Below, in pieces: positions 50,067 to 59,786 of a stretch of 64,000 nt of DNA. Each line of letters opens with the position of its first letter. The stretch's first letter is position 1. Source of the stretch: an uncultured Dictyoglomota bacterium (GTDB taxonomy: Bacteria > Dictyoglomota > Dictyoglomia > Dictyoglomales > Dictyoglomaceae); NCBI GenBank assembly GCA_964654465.1, contig CAZZIO010000022.1:32001-96000 (forward strand), read 5' to 3'. A program made the translations under genes and the position numbers. The notes below the pieces were generated by a model, which ran no database searches, was not told where the DNA came from, and worked only from the letters and a program-made list of their open reading frames with translations.

Positions 50067-50930
50067 TCACTCCCTTATAACTCTAATTCTTTGTATTCTT
50101 GTTCGAGGATCTAAATACTCACTTATACTCACAGAAAGTAGATATAAACTTACAAAAAGCAATACTGATGTTACGACAGGAGTTAACAACCACCACCACA
50201 AACCTAAAAGCATTGCTTGATAACTTATAGCCCACTGTAAAACTGTACCTAAGGTTGGAATTTCAAGATTAGTCAAACCTAAAATAGCAAGAGTTATCTC
50301 CATTCCAATAGCCCATGACATATTGTTTATCAATGTTGAAAAAACAATTGGAATAACGAAGGGAAAATATTCTTTGAATACTAATTGAATAGTATTTGTG
50401 CCAGATAATAGAGCAGTATATGTAAAATCTCTTTCTCTTAAACTTAATATCTGGGATCTAATTACTCGAGCATCCCAACTCCATCCAAAAACACTCAAAA
50501 TAAGACCTAAGCCTACAAAGCTTAGCCTCCCTTTTATAAGAGATGAAATTAATATCAAAATTGGCAATAGTGGCAAAACCAAGAAGCTATCATTTATTCC
50601 CATTAAAAATCTATCCAGCCTTCCTCCTCTATATCCAGCTACGAGCCCAACAATAATAGCTATTATTCTAGAGAAAAACGCAGCTATTATAGCTATAGTT
50701 AAAGAGTTCCTTATGGCAAAGGTAAGTTGCCAAAATACATCTTGCCCTTGAGAATTAGTACCCAAAATATGTTGCAATGATGGAGGTAAATCTCTTGGAG
50801 CTACATTCCATCTTGTAGGATCATAGGGAGATACAAAAGAAAGCAAAGCTAAAAAGAGAATCAAACATATAATTATAAATCCTACCCTGAATTTTCCATC
50901 TCTCAATAAATCTTTAAAGATACCCACCAT
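50067..50930 (-). CDS. Opp-type ABC permease (OppC-like)
   Basis: HILGTNSQGQD, SLRERDF and LDPR motifs. Confidence 0.9.
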   Translation of the reverse strand: MVGIFKDLLRDGKFRVGFIIICLILFLALLSFVSPYDPTRWNVAPRDLPPSLQHILGTNSQGQDVFWQLTFAIRNSLTIAIIAAFFSRIIAIIVGLVAGYRGGRLDRFLMGINDSFLVLPLLPILILISSLIKGRLSFVGLGLILSVFGWSWDARVIRSQILSLRERDFTYTALLSGTNTIQLVFKEYFPFVIPIVFSTLINNMSWAIGMEITLAILGLTNLEIPTLGTVLQWAISYQAMLLGLWWWLLTPVVTSVLLFVSLYLLSVSISEYLDPRTRIQRIRVIRE

Positions 50931-50958
50931 ATTATTACCTCATTCCCTTCAAAAATTT

Positions 50959-51960
50959 TTATCTATATCTAACACGAGGGTCAAATAATGGATACAATAG
51001 ATCTATAAGCAAGATAAAGGTTGAAATACCAAAAATAGATATAGTGGCAATTCCCATAATTAAGTTAAAATCTCCCGTAGCAATTGCGTTATATAGTAAA
51101 GTTCCCATTCCTGGATAAGAAAACACAATTTCGGTAATAAGAGCCCCACTAAATATTTGCCCCATAGATAAAGCCAAATTAGTAACCTGAGGAAGCATAG
51201 CATTTCTAATCACATATTTAAAAGCGATTATTCTTCTTTTTACTCCTCCAGCCCTTGCATAAGTTACAAAATCCTCTTTTACAATATTAGAAACTATAAG
51301 CCTCATAGTTTGTAATGTTACTGCAATCCCTAATACCATCATTGAAATTAAAGGTAAGAAAGCATACCTAAACAATTCAAATATAAATTTAATACTAAAA
51401 CTTGGTACAACACCAACAGGCATACCACCACCCAAAGGAAACCATTTAAGAAGGTACGAAAAAACGATGAGAATTATAAGAGCAAATATATAATAGGGAA
51501 TTGGCCTTATAACCATAGCTATACTTTCCATAACCCTTGCCCACCTTTTATCATAATAAAAACCTACAATTCCACCTAATATGTTTCCTATAAACCAAGA
51601 TAAAAAAGTACTTATCGTAAGAAGTCCCAAGGTCCATGGCAAAGAATCCCCTATAAGTTTTATAACTGGAATAGGAAATCTAAAAAGTGATGGCCCAAAA
51701 TCTCCATTTAAAAGTCTTCCCCAAAAAGCAAAATATTGCTCAAATAAATTTCCTTTCAATCCATATAACTCTTTCAAGGTCTCTGTCATTTTTTCTACTG
51801 CCTTTGGATCAAGATAGGTTCCCATTCTTGTAATTGTATTGATCATCTGTTGTACAGGATCCACGGGAGTAAGGCGGGGAACAAAAAAAACAATGGTTAC
51901 ACCAACAAAAATTACTAACAGATATTGTATTAACCTTGGTATCAGATATCTTTTAAACAT
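50959..51960 (-). CDS. Opp-type ABC permease (OppB-like)
   Basis: GDFGPS, EIVFSYPGMG and DPRVR motifs. Confidence 0.9.
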   Translation of the reverse strand: MFKRYLIPRLIQYLLVIFVGVTIVFFVPRLTPVDPVQQMINTITRMGTYLDPKAVEKMTETLKELYGLKGNLFEQYFAFWGRLLNGDFGPSLFRFPIPVIKLIGDSLPWTLGLLTISTFLSWFIGNILGGIVGFYYDKRWARVMESIAMVIRPIPYYIFALIILIVFSYLLKWFPLGGGMPVGVVPSFSIKFIFELFRYAFLPLISMMVLGIAVTLQTMRLIVSNIVKEDFVTYARAGGVKRRIIAFKYVIRNAMLPQVTNLALSMGQIFSGALITEIVFSYPGMGTLLYNAIATGDFNLIMGIATISIFGISTFILLIDLLYPLFDPRVRYR

Positions 51961-51982
51961 TCCATACCTCCTTCCATTTTTT

Positions 51983-52002
51983 AGCCCCCCTTTCGGGGGG
52001 CT
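51983..52002 (-). other. Intra-operon stem-loop after the substrate-binding protein gene (probable mRNA stabiliser)
   Basis: AGCCCCCC/GGGGGGCT with a GAAA loop on the minus strand and no U tract. Confidence 0.55.
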
Positions 52003-52008
52003 TATTTT

Positions 52009-53889
52009 TCATTTTCTTCCTGTTGGCTTCAAGAATGGTAACATGTACTTGAAATTGGGCCAATGATGATATGGTATACAATATGGATTTTCTACTGTTG
52101 GATAATTGGTCCAGTAATATTCATCATAGCTTGCTATACCTGGATAAGCACAAGTTGGAATTCCAGCCATTTCTTCAAATGCAATTTTTAATCCTTGCAA
52201 TCCCAAAGTTTTAACTTTTACACTGTTCCAATCAGTATTTGCCAACTCTTCTATCACTTTATCCATCCTTGGATCAGACCATCTACTAGCATGACCAAAT
52301 GTACGTTCACCTATTGGTCTTACATATTCGGATCTCCATGCATTAAAACTTCTATACATATCAGGATGTCCACCCCATGGTTCTGTAGCTGGCCAATCAG
52401 AAGAAGCCTCAAAATCTCCTACTTGTAGCATCGTGGCTCTTTGCTCTGTTGTCACTACCTCTACATCTATTCCAAATTTTTTCCATTGCTGGGATGCTGC
52501 AAAACTATTTCTAAAATCAGGATGGGCAGGATTAGTGTGAGCTAGAATTGTTATTTTCCACGGTTTACCATCTGGTGTTAGCCATTTTCCATCTTTATCT
52601 CTCTTAAATCCATTCTTTATCAATAATTTTTCAGCTATATCAGGTGCATACTTGAACCATCCATAACCAAATATTGCCCTAATTTCTTTCGGATCATTTG
52701 GAACTGTATATCCTCTTCTCTTAGCATATTCAGCCAGTCTCATAGGTGCATCTGGATCATAAATTTTAACTTTTTGACCATCCACCGTAATAGTAAAGTT
52801 TTTCATCCAATTTTCCAAAGGTTCATAATACCATTTCAAATATGCAGGTGTAGGAGGTACAAGAAGTGCTCCCATAGTAGCTGCACCATCAAAAGCAGTT
52901 GCTAAGTATTCAACTATATCAATTGATAAAGCTAATGCCCATCTAACTTCCTTATTATTATATGGAGCTTTTGAAGTATTAAAATATATTCCTGTAATAC
53001 ATGGGTCTACATTAACGATGTATGGGAAGTTCTTCATATATGCCCTTGCATATTTATTTGTAGATAATACTGATCTCAACCCTTCCATAGTTAGATCTGC
53101 CATGTCTAATTGATGGTTGTTTTGGGCAAGGACTTGTTTCTCAGTTGGTCCATAGTAGTAGAAGAGTACATATTTAGGTTGTGGCATTCCAAAGAGTTTT
53201 CCTGTTGGTGTTCTTTGCCAATCTTCTCTCCTCTGCCAGAGTACCCAGTATCCACCTGGATCATAGCTATGTAATACATATGGCCCTGAGCTTATTGGTG
53301 GTTTGAAATCAAAAGATACTGGATCTTTTACTTTTTCAAAAACATGTTTTGGTAATGGCCTACAAGCTCCCCATCTATCTAAGAAATAAGTATGAAATCT
53401 TGCATTAGGCTCTTTCAGGTCAATCCTAACAGTGTATTTATCAATCTTAGTTAATTTAACAACTTCCTGGAAAGAAGCATAATAACTCATTCCTGAATTA
53501 CTTTTAGCAAGCTCTATTGTATAGATTAGATCATCCGCAGTAATTTCGACACCATCACTCCAATAACAAGCAGGTCTTAGTTTTACAGTTAGGGTTTTGA
53601 AATCCTTACTATACAGAGGAGAAGCGGCAGCTAATGCGTTAATTGCTTTGCCTGTGGCAGGATCTACAATCCATAGCGGTTCTAACATAAGCTGCTGAAT
53701 ACCTCTATCTGGAGTACGCCAAGTGGCAGCCCAAACATTAAAATTATCCGGAGTAACCACTCTACCTGTAAGAATATTAGCAATCAAAGTTTCATTTCTT
53801 GGTACATTTGGTCCTAACTGTGAAAAGGCTGTTTGAGATAATGTGATTACCATTAATAATACTAAACTCATGAAAACTAATTTCTTCAT
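52009..53889 (-). CDS. Opp/Dpp-family substrate-binding protein, probably for oligosaccharides
   Basis: Signal peptide; PRNETL, WSDG..ITADD, SGPY and VRWALAL motifs. Confidence 0.9.
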   Translation of the reverse strand: MKKLVFMSLVLLMVITLSQTAFSQLGPNVPRNETLIANILTGRVVTPDNFNVWAATWRTPDRGIQQLMLEPLWIVDPATGKAINALAAASPLYSKDFKTLTVKLRPACYWSDGVEITADDLIYTIELAKSNSGMSYYASFQEVVKLTKIDKYTVRIDLKEPNARFHTYFLDRWGACRPLPKHVFEKVKDPVSFDFKPPISSGPYVLHSYDPGGYWVLWQRREDWQRTPTGKLFGMPQPKYVLFYYYGPTEKQVLAQNNHQLDMADLTMEGLRSVLSTNKYARAYMKNFPYIVNVDPCITGIYFNTSKAPYNNKEVRWALALSIDIVEYLATAFDGAATMGALLVPPTPAYLKWYYEPLENWMKNFTITVDGQKVKIYDPDAPMRLAEYAKRRGYTVPNDPKEIRAIFGYGWFKYAPDIAEKLLIKNGFKRDKDGKWLTPDGKPWKITILAHTNPAHPDFRNSFAASQQWKKFGIDVEVVTTEQRATMLQVGDFEASSDWPATEPWGGHPDMYRSFNAWRSEYVRPIGERTFGHASRWSDPRMDKVIEELANTDWNSVKVKTLGLQGLKIAFEEMAGIPTCAYPGIASYDEYYWTNYPTVENPYCIPYHHWPNFKYMLPFLKPTGRK

Positions 53890-53966
53890 AAAATCACCTA
53901 CCCCAAAAACTTTATTCTATAAAGGATAAAAACAAAATAAAACTTTTTCACCTCCTTTTATTTATA

Positions 53967-53990
53967 GGAAACCATTAAAGCAATCGTTTT
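53967..53990. promoter_or_regulatory. LacI-type operator(s) just downstream of the promoter
   Basis: GCAATCGTTTT (53980) plus GGAAACCATTAAA; minus-strand TTGACA-16-TATAAT (54025-53998). Confidence 0.68.
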
Positions 53991-54069
53991 GTTTTATATT
54001 ATAAACCTCATCATAGTTTTGTCAATAAACATTTAAGAAGGACATATTAAAAACAACAAAGTTACATTA

Positions 54070-54098
54070 TTGACCTTTAGAAAATTGAGATCTATAAT
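54070..54098 (+). promoter_or_regulatory. Sigma70-type promoter
   Basis: TTGACC-17-TATAAT. Confidence 0.65.
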
Positions 54099-54141
54099 TA
54101 TATAAAATTTTGGTTATTTTGGATTTTTTGGAGGTGAGAGG

Positions 54142-55530
54142 ATGAATACAGGATTAAAAATTAAAATGTACATAGGTGACATACTCTTTGAAAACCTATT
54201 TAAATATGTTTCAAAGAATCATGAAAAAAGAATCCCTAAACTTATAAATTTGGCAAGAAAATTTAGCCCTGATAAAGGTACCGACAAAATACTTGATACT
54301 GTAGAGGAATATTTATGTAATGAACCTGCAGTGAAGCGCTTAATTCACAGGGCATTTACCGATTACGATCCTAATTATGCAAGTAGAATTTTCACAAATG
54401 TAATACTAAACGTAGGGTTTTTCTGGGTATATTTTGACAAAAATAACCAAAAAAAGAACATACCTACCCCCTATACTATCCTTATCAGTCCTACTATGAG
54501 ATGTAATCTCAGATGTATAGGATGCTATGCAGGAAATTACAGAAAAGAAGATGATCTTCCTCCCGAGGTTCTTGAAAGAATAATAAAAGAGGGAGAAGAT
54601 ATTGGTACATATTTTTATACCATATTAGGAGGAGAGCCTTTTGTTTATCCAGAATTATTGGATATTGTTAATAGACATAAAAGATCTGTATTTCAAATTT
54701 TTACAAATGCAACTCTTTTAGATGAAGATAAAATAGAAAGATTTTGGAAAAGTAAAAATGTAGTTCCAGTTCTCTCAATTGAAGGTGGTCAAGAAGAAAC
54801 AGATAAAAGAAGAGGTAATGGTGTATATGAAAAAGTTATAAAGGCTATGGATCTTTTAAAAGAAGCAGGTATTCCTTTTGGTTATTCTATAACTCTTACA
54901 AGATACAACTATGATGCAGTAACTAAACCAGAATTTTATCAATGGTTAGCTGATAAAGGTGCTTTCTTTGGTTGGACTTTCCTCTATATGCCTGTTGGAA
55001 AGGATGACGATCCGTCATTAATGCCTACTCCTGAACAAAGGGCAGAATATGGAAAGTTTATAAGAAAAATTAGAGGTCATTTACCCATATTCCCAATGGA
55101 CTTTTGGAATGATGCACCCTATGTGGGTGGCTGTATAGCAGGTGGCAGAAAATATCTCCATATAAACAATAAAGGAGAAGTAGAACCTTGCATATTTACC
55201 CATTTTGCAGTAGACAATATTAAGGAAAAATCTCTTATAGAAGTATTAAATTCAGATTTCTTCAAAGAAATAAGAAAAAGACAACCATTCCATGAAAATC
55301 TTTTGCTACCTTGTATGATTATTGATTCTCCTTGGATTCTTAGGGAAATTGTTGCTAAAACAGGAGCACATCCTACTCATGAGGGTGCAGATGATGTGAT
55401 AACTAAATTCTCCAATATCCTGGATGAATATGCCAAGAATTTGAGAAGAGTACTTAATCCTATATGGAAAGAGGAATTCTATGGAAATATACAAGAAGAA
55501 AATACTGAAGAAAAGATAGGAGTGAAATAA
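54142..55530 (+). CDS. Radical SAM protein with a SPASM/twitch domain and N-terminal extension
   Basis: CNLRCIGCY, GGEP, FTN, GGCIAGG..EPCIF and PCMIID motifs. Confidence 0.9.
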   Translation: MNTGLKIKMYIGDILFENLFKYVSKNHEKRIPKLINLARKFSPDKGTDKILDTVEEYLCNEPAVKRLIHRAFTDYDPNYASRIFTNVILNVGFFWVYFDKNNQKKNIPTPYTILISPTMRCNLRCIGCYAGNYRKEDDLPPEVLERIIKEGEDIGTYFYTILGGEPFVYPELLDIVNRHKRSVFQIFTNATLLDEDKIERFWKSKNVVPVLSIEGGQEETDKRRGNGVYEKVIKAMDLLKEAGIPFGYSITLTRYNYDAVTKPEFYQWLADKGAFFGWTFLYMPVGKDDDPSLMPTPEQRAEYGKFIRKIRGHLPIFPMDFWNDAPYVGGCIAGGRKYLHINNKGEVEPCIFTHFAVDNIKEKSLIEVLNSDFFKEIRKRQPFHENLLLPCMIIDSPWILREIVAKTGAHPTHEGADDVITKFSNILDEYAKNLRRVLNPIWKEEFYGNIQEENTEEKIGVK

Positions 55531-55533
55531 AAG

Positions 55534-56121
55534 GTGAGCCTTACAAAAAGGAGAATACAATTTTTAGAGACATTAAGAAGTTTATATAAAACATACAATA
55601 GGCCAATTCACTATGAAGAAGTAGCTCAGAGACTATCAGTAAGTCCAGCTACAGCGTACGATATTCTCCAAACTTTATCTAAAGATGGTTATATAGATAT
55701 GGTATATCTAAAAGATTTCCAAAATAGTAAAAAGGGTAGAGGCAAAGTATTCTTTCTACCAAAAGAGATAAAAGATGGGATTCAACAAAACATAAATAAA
55801 GAGAATAATAATTTAGAAAAGTATTCTAAACCATTGCTTATAGTAATATCCTTTATAACGTTACTACTTAGTGAAATAAAGCTTTCTAAGGAATTAAAAT
55901 CTTTCTTAGCTTTTCTATTATCAAATTATCAATCTAATTGGGAATTGATTCTCCTTGTAATACCTTTCTTACTAATGAGTTATACAAAGAATCTATATAA
56001 ATTAATTCCAGAAAGTAGTGTTAAAAAAAGTATTGATGATTATATAACATCCATAAATCAGTTGGCTTCAGAAGAAAAGAAATTATTAGTAAATTTTATC
56101 TTCGGTCTTCTTCAAGATTGA
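55534..56121 (+). CDS. Winged-HTH transcriptional regulator with a hydrophobic C-terminal region
   Basis: LTKRR..FL..L......PIHYEEVAQRLSVSPATAYDILQTL...GYI. Confidence 0.7.
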   Translation: MSLTKRRIQFLETLRSLYKTYNRPIHYEEVAQRLSVSPATAYDILQTLSKDGYIDMVYLKDFQNSKKGRGKVFFLPKEIKDGIQQNINKENNNLEKYSKPLLIVISFITLLLSEIKLSKELKSFLAFLLSNYQSNWELILLVIPFLLMSYTKNLYKLIPESSVKKSIDDYITSINQLASEEKKLLVNFIFGLLQD

Positions 56122-57252
56122 TCTCCTACGTAGGGAGGAATGGGAAATATCTTTATATTTTACATTACGAAATATTTTCCTCCATTCCTCCCTAAAAGGT
56201 TCTAAGGTAATGTAATCTCTACGCATTCTTGGAGGATTTTTTAAAACTTCTCTGTAAACATCCATCATCATTTGGGCTACATTATCTGTACTATATTCAT
56301 GAGCAAGCATTAAAGCTTTCTTCTTATATTCTTCTCTAAAGCTATTATCTTCAAATAATTTTACAATATAATTTCTAAACTCTTCATCATTTTTGGCTGG
56401 AATATACTTATCTTTATACGGTTCTTTATATTCCACATTGTCCCTAAGAAGTAAGGGTAAACCACAAGATGCAGCTTCCAAGACAGCCATTGGAAAATTC
56501 TCTTGAAAAGATGGGAAAAAGAATATATCAGCTGCATTCAAATACAAAGGCATATCTTCATAGGGTACAAGTCCAGTAAAGATAACATTAGAAGGAGCAG
56601 TCTTTATCTTTTCATTCATCTCCATGTAACCAGCTGTTAAAACTGAGAAGGGCTGTCCTCCTACCCATACAAATTTTATATATGGCAAACTTTTGGCCAC
56701 CTCAATAAAAGTATCTACACCTTTTCGAGGTTGTAACTGACCAGAACAAATAGCCATAAAATCTTTGTTATTAATACCTAATCTTTTTCTACCCTCTTCT
56801 CTTAATTTTAAATCTGGATAAAATCTTTCTAAATTTACAGGATTTGGTACAAAAACAATAGGAGCCTTTACTCCTATCTCCTCTAAATCCCTTTTTACTC
56901 TTGGAGCTACTGCTACAACCACATCAGCTAAATTATAGTAATTTTTAAGGTAGAGGGTAAAAAAGGGAAGCCAAACATTAGCTAAAACTAAACTTCCTAA
57001 AACTGATTCAGGAACTACATGAGCTGATATTACAAGCCTTTTACCAGTAAGAAGTCCCTTACTTACTGCATATGGGCCCGGAGTATGTAAATGAGCTATA
57101 TCATATAATCCACTTCCATTTAAATATACTTCCACATCATTTCTTTTTTTCAAAGCTTCCATAAGAACAAGAGTAGCTGTATAAACCCCTTGACCTTCTA
57201 CCTTCCAAGCTTGAGCTTCTGAAACTATATTAACTTTAATTTTTTCCTTCAT
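56086..57252 (-). CDS. GT4 glycosyltransferase (glycolipid synthase-like)
   Basis: GQLQPRKG, FTG and FFPSFQENFPMAVLEAASCGLP motifs; start at 57252 or 57258. Confidence 0.88.
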   Translation of the reverse strand: MKEKIKVNIVSEAQAWKVEGQGVYTATLVLMEALKKRNDVEVYLNGSGLYDIAHLHTPGPYAVSKGLLTGKRLVISAHVVPESVLGSLVLANVWLPFFTLYLKNYYNLADVVVAVAPRVKRDLEEIGVKAPIVFVPNPVNLERFYPDLKLREEGRKRLGINNKDFMAICSGQLQPRKGVDTFIEVAKSLPYIKFVWVGGQPFSVLTAGYMEMNEKIKTAPSNVIFTGLVPYEDMPLYLNAADIFFFPSFQENFPMAVLEAASCGLPLLLRDNVEYKEPYKDKYIPAKNDEEFRNYIVKLFEDNSFREEYKKKALMLAHEYSTDNVAQMMMDVYREVLKNPPRMRRDYITLEPFREEWRKIFRNVKYKDISHSSLRRRSILKKTEDKIY

Positions 57253-58210
57253 TACCATTCACCCTCGAAACTCTAATAAAACCTGCACAATTTAAAATCT
57301 CAATACCATTTCTCTCTAAGTAATCCATAAGAATATTCATACCTAATGAATCAGAAGCCATATGCCCTGCAATAACCACATTTATATGATATTTTTCAGC
57401 CTCTTTCCTATGTTCATCACTCATATGCATCCCTACTATCGTTCCTACTCCTACCTCTGATAGTTTAGAAATTATATCTACAGGACCTTCCGTTCCTCCA
57501 GTCATATCCACAAAAATCTTTCCTGCTCTATTTTTAGGATTACCAACAAGGATTTTAGGAGGATTATTTCTTCTTCCTGCCTCTCGATATTCTGGTATTT
57601 CCTCAAGTATATCTAAAACTTCTTGTAAATCATACGGAGTTCTCAAATCAAATATTTTCTGAAGATAAGTAGCTACACAATTATCTGCAGGAGTATGACA
57701 ACACATGAAAGGGATATTTAGCAATCTTGCTGCATCTACACTTTTATTATGGTTAGCTGGCATAACTTTTCTTTCTACTTCTAATATTCTGGGATACATG
57801 ACACCTTCTGCATAGTTAATAGGTACTCCAATTTTAGAGAGTAAATCCTCTTGTAAATGCATAACCTCATAAAAATTTGCATAAGCTGGACCAGCAGGAT
57901 GATGAGAAATCACTAAATCTATCTTAATACCATTTCTTTCAAGCTCTTTTGCTAAAAGAATTTCTGAAGTATCAATATCAATTCCTACAAGGACTCTCTT
58001 TACTTCCCTTTCAATATTCCCATTTAAGATTCTTGTATCTGCATAAGGGTTAAATAACTTTTCTTTGTCAAATTTATTTTTACTTTTTTCATCCATTTTC
58101 TCATAGTCTTTTTTTGCTCTCTCTAAAATCTCTTGAACCTTATCCCATCCTCTCGGATCATTCTCCATACCAAGTTTAACAAAAAGCTCGTATATTTCTT
58201 TTAGTTTCAT
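57236..58210 (-). CDS. NIF3/NGG1p-interacting-factor-like protein
   Basis: NPYAD, GIDI, SHHP, HTPADN, DMTGGT and AGHMASDSLG motifs. Confidence 0.8.
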   Translation of the reverse strand: MKLKEIYELFVKLGMENDPRGWDKVQEILERAKKDYEKMDEKSKNKFDKEKLFNPYADTRILNGNIEREVKRVLVGIDIDTSEILLAKELERNGIKIDLVISHHPAGPAYANFYEVMHLQEDLLSKIGVPINYAEGVMYPRILEVERKVMPANHNKSVDAARLLNIPFMCCHTPADNCVATYLQKIFDLRTPYDLQEVLDILEEIPEYREAGRRNNPPKILVGNPKNRAGKIFVDMTGGTEGPVDIISKLSEVGVGTIVGMHMSDEHRKEAEKYHINVVIAGHMASDSLGMNILMDYLERNGIEILNCAGFIRVSRVNGNEGKN

Positions 58211-58291
58211 ATCTCTAAAATCCTCCTAATTTTCCTTATTTATTCACCCAATTTACTTATATTATAACAATAAAAATCTTTTTAAACAAAA

Positions 58292-58337
58292 AAGGGACTA
58301 TCCTTATTCATAAATTAAAAATAAAGGATAGTCCCTT
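58292..58337 (-). terminator. Intrinsic terminator after the GH43 operon
   Basis: 14-bp stem AAGGGACTATCCTT/AAGGATAGTCCCTT plus a minus-strand U tract. Confidence 0.75.
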
Positions 58338-58357
58338 AGATAGTTTATTTCAAAAAG

Positions 58358-59785
58358 CTATTTAATCTTTTTTCCCCAAATTGCTATACCTTTTCCACTT
58401 AAACCAGTAAAAACAAGAGTAGGTTTCCAATTTTCAAAATCCCATGCTGGTAAAATTTTTACAGTCTCTGATTCATATTTTTGTTGTCTTTCATCTACTA
58501 CCCATTTAATTTTTAAAGTATTAGGAGACAAAAATTCCCAAATTCCTCTTTTATTATCACCTTCTACATATCCATTATTTAAAAGATTTATCTCTTGTGA
58601 TTCTGCTTGTATTTTTACATAAGGATCCAATACAATTCTCTCCCAGACACCTATTATTAAACTTTGAGGAATTTCTTGAATTTTCTCTCCTGCATACCTT
58701 TCAGGTAATACTACCGGCCATCCATCATCTGTCCATATAATTCTCCTAATATGCAAATACATCCAATTCTTATTTAAAGCCGGCCTGGCATGATGTACTA
58801 TATACCAGTCATCACCATCCACAAGTACTGAATTATGACCTGGTGCTATCCAACCATCATCATTCTTAAATTTATAACCACCAAGTATCTTAGTACCCAC
58901 CTCATTAGGAGGAAGTGTTAAATCGGTCATAACATTACCATTATAATCCACATAAGGTCCTGTAATTCTATCAGATCTTGCAACCCTCACATTATAATCT
59001 AAAGATAAAGAATCGTAAGACACAAATAGATAATATTTCTTGAATTTAGGATTATAAATTATATAAGAACCTTCAATTGCACCAGAAACTGTTCCTTTTC
59101 TCCTTGCTATATTTACACCAAAGCCCTTTTCTGCTGGTTTTCCATTTCTTTTATCAATTTTAATCAAATATATACCTGTCCAAAAAGATCCATAAGAAAG
59201 CCATGTATCTCCATTTTCATCAAAAATTAGACATGGGTCAATAGCATTAACAGGATCACCTTGCTTAGATTTTATAACTAAGCCTTCATCCTTCCATGGT
59301 CCTTCTGGATTAGGAGATGTTGCTAATCCAATATATGATTGATTCTTTCCAAAAGTAGATGCAGAATAATAAAGATAGTACTTATTATTAAAGAATTTTA
59401 CATCAGGAGCCCATAAAGTAGAAGCTCTGCTCCATTCAAAGGCTTCTTGAGGAATACCTTTAAAAACATATTTATCATTGTCAAAAACATATCCTACAAA
59501 CTGCCAATTTATAAGATCTTTTGATTTTCTTATCTGAATTCCAGGTCTTGGAATTCCATAAGCTTTTACATCAGTAGAGTAAATATAGTACCAACCATTA
59601 TGAGCCTTAATTATGGAAGGGTCATGAACATTATTAATAGACCATTTCTTTTCATCATTTACAATAGAAGCATCAAATAACTCTATTTTTGGTGGTTCAG
59701 GAGGATATAAAATACTCTGAGTATAAACATTTTTACAGGATATAATTAATAACAAAATAGCTATCAATATTATCTTCTTTATCAT
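58358..59785 (-). CDS. Secreted GH43 endo-1,5-alpha-L-arabinanase with a C-terminal domain
   Basis: VHDPS, WAPD, NAIDP, YGSFWTG, IEG and PGHNS motifs; start adjusted. Confidence 0.88.
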   Translation of the reverse strand: MIKKIILIAILLLIISCKNVYTQSILYPPEPPKIELFDASIVNDEKKWSINNVHDPSIIKAHNGWYYIYSTDVKAYGIPRPGIQIRKSKDLINWQFVGYVFDNDKYVFKGIPQEAFEWSRASTLWAPDVKFFNNKYYLYYSASTFGKNQSYIGLATSPNPEGPWKDEGLVIKSKQGDPVNAIDPCLIFDENGDTWLSYGSFWTGIYLIKIDKRNGKPAEKGFGVNIARRKGTVSGAIEGSYIIYNPKFKKYYLFVSYDSLSLDYNVRVARSDRITGPYVDYNGNVMTDLTLPPNEVGTKILGGYKFKNDDGWIAPGHNSVLVDGDDWYIVHHARPALNKNWMYLHIRRIIWTDDGWPVVLPERYAGEKIQEIPQSLIIGVWERIVLDPYVKIQAESQEINLLNNGYVEGDNKRGIWEFLSPNTLKIKWVVDERQQKYESETVKILPAWDFENWKPTLVFTGLSGKGIAIWGKKIK

Positions 59786-59786
59786 A

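Noticed and set aside
2190-56121. Convergent 3' overlaps (2190-2228, 27170-27178, 39426-39437, 56086-56121)
   Set aside because: Expected in a compact genome; not evidence of regulation on their own
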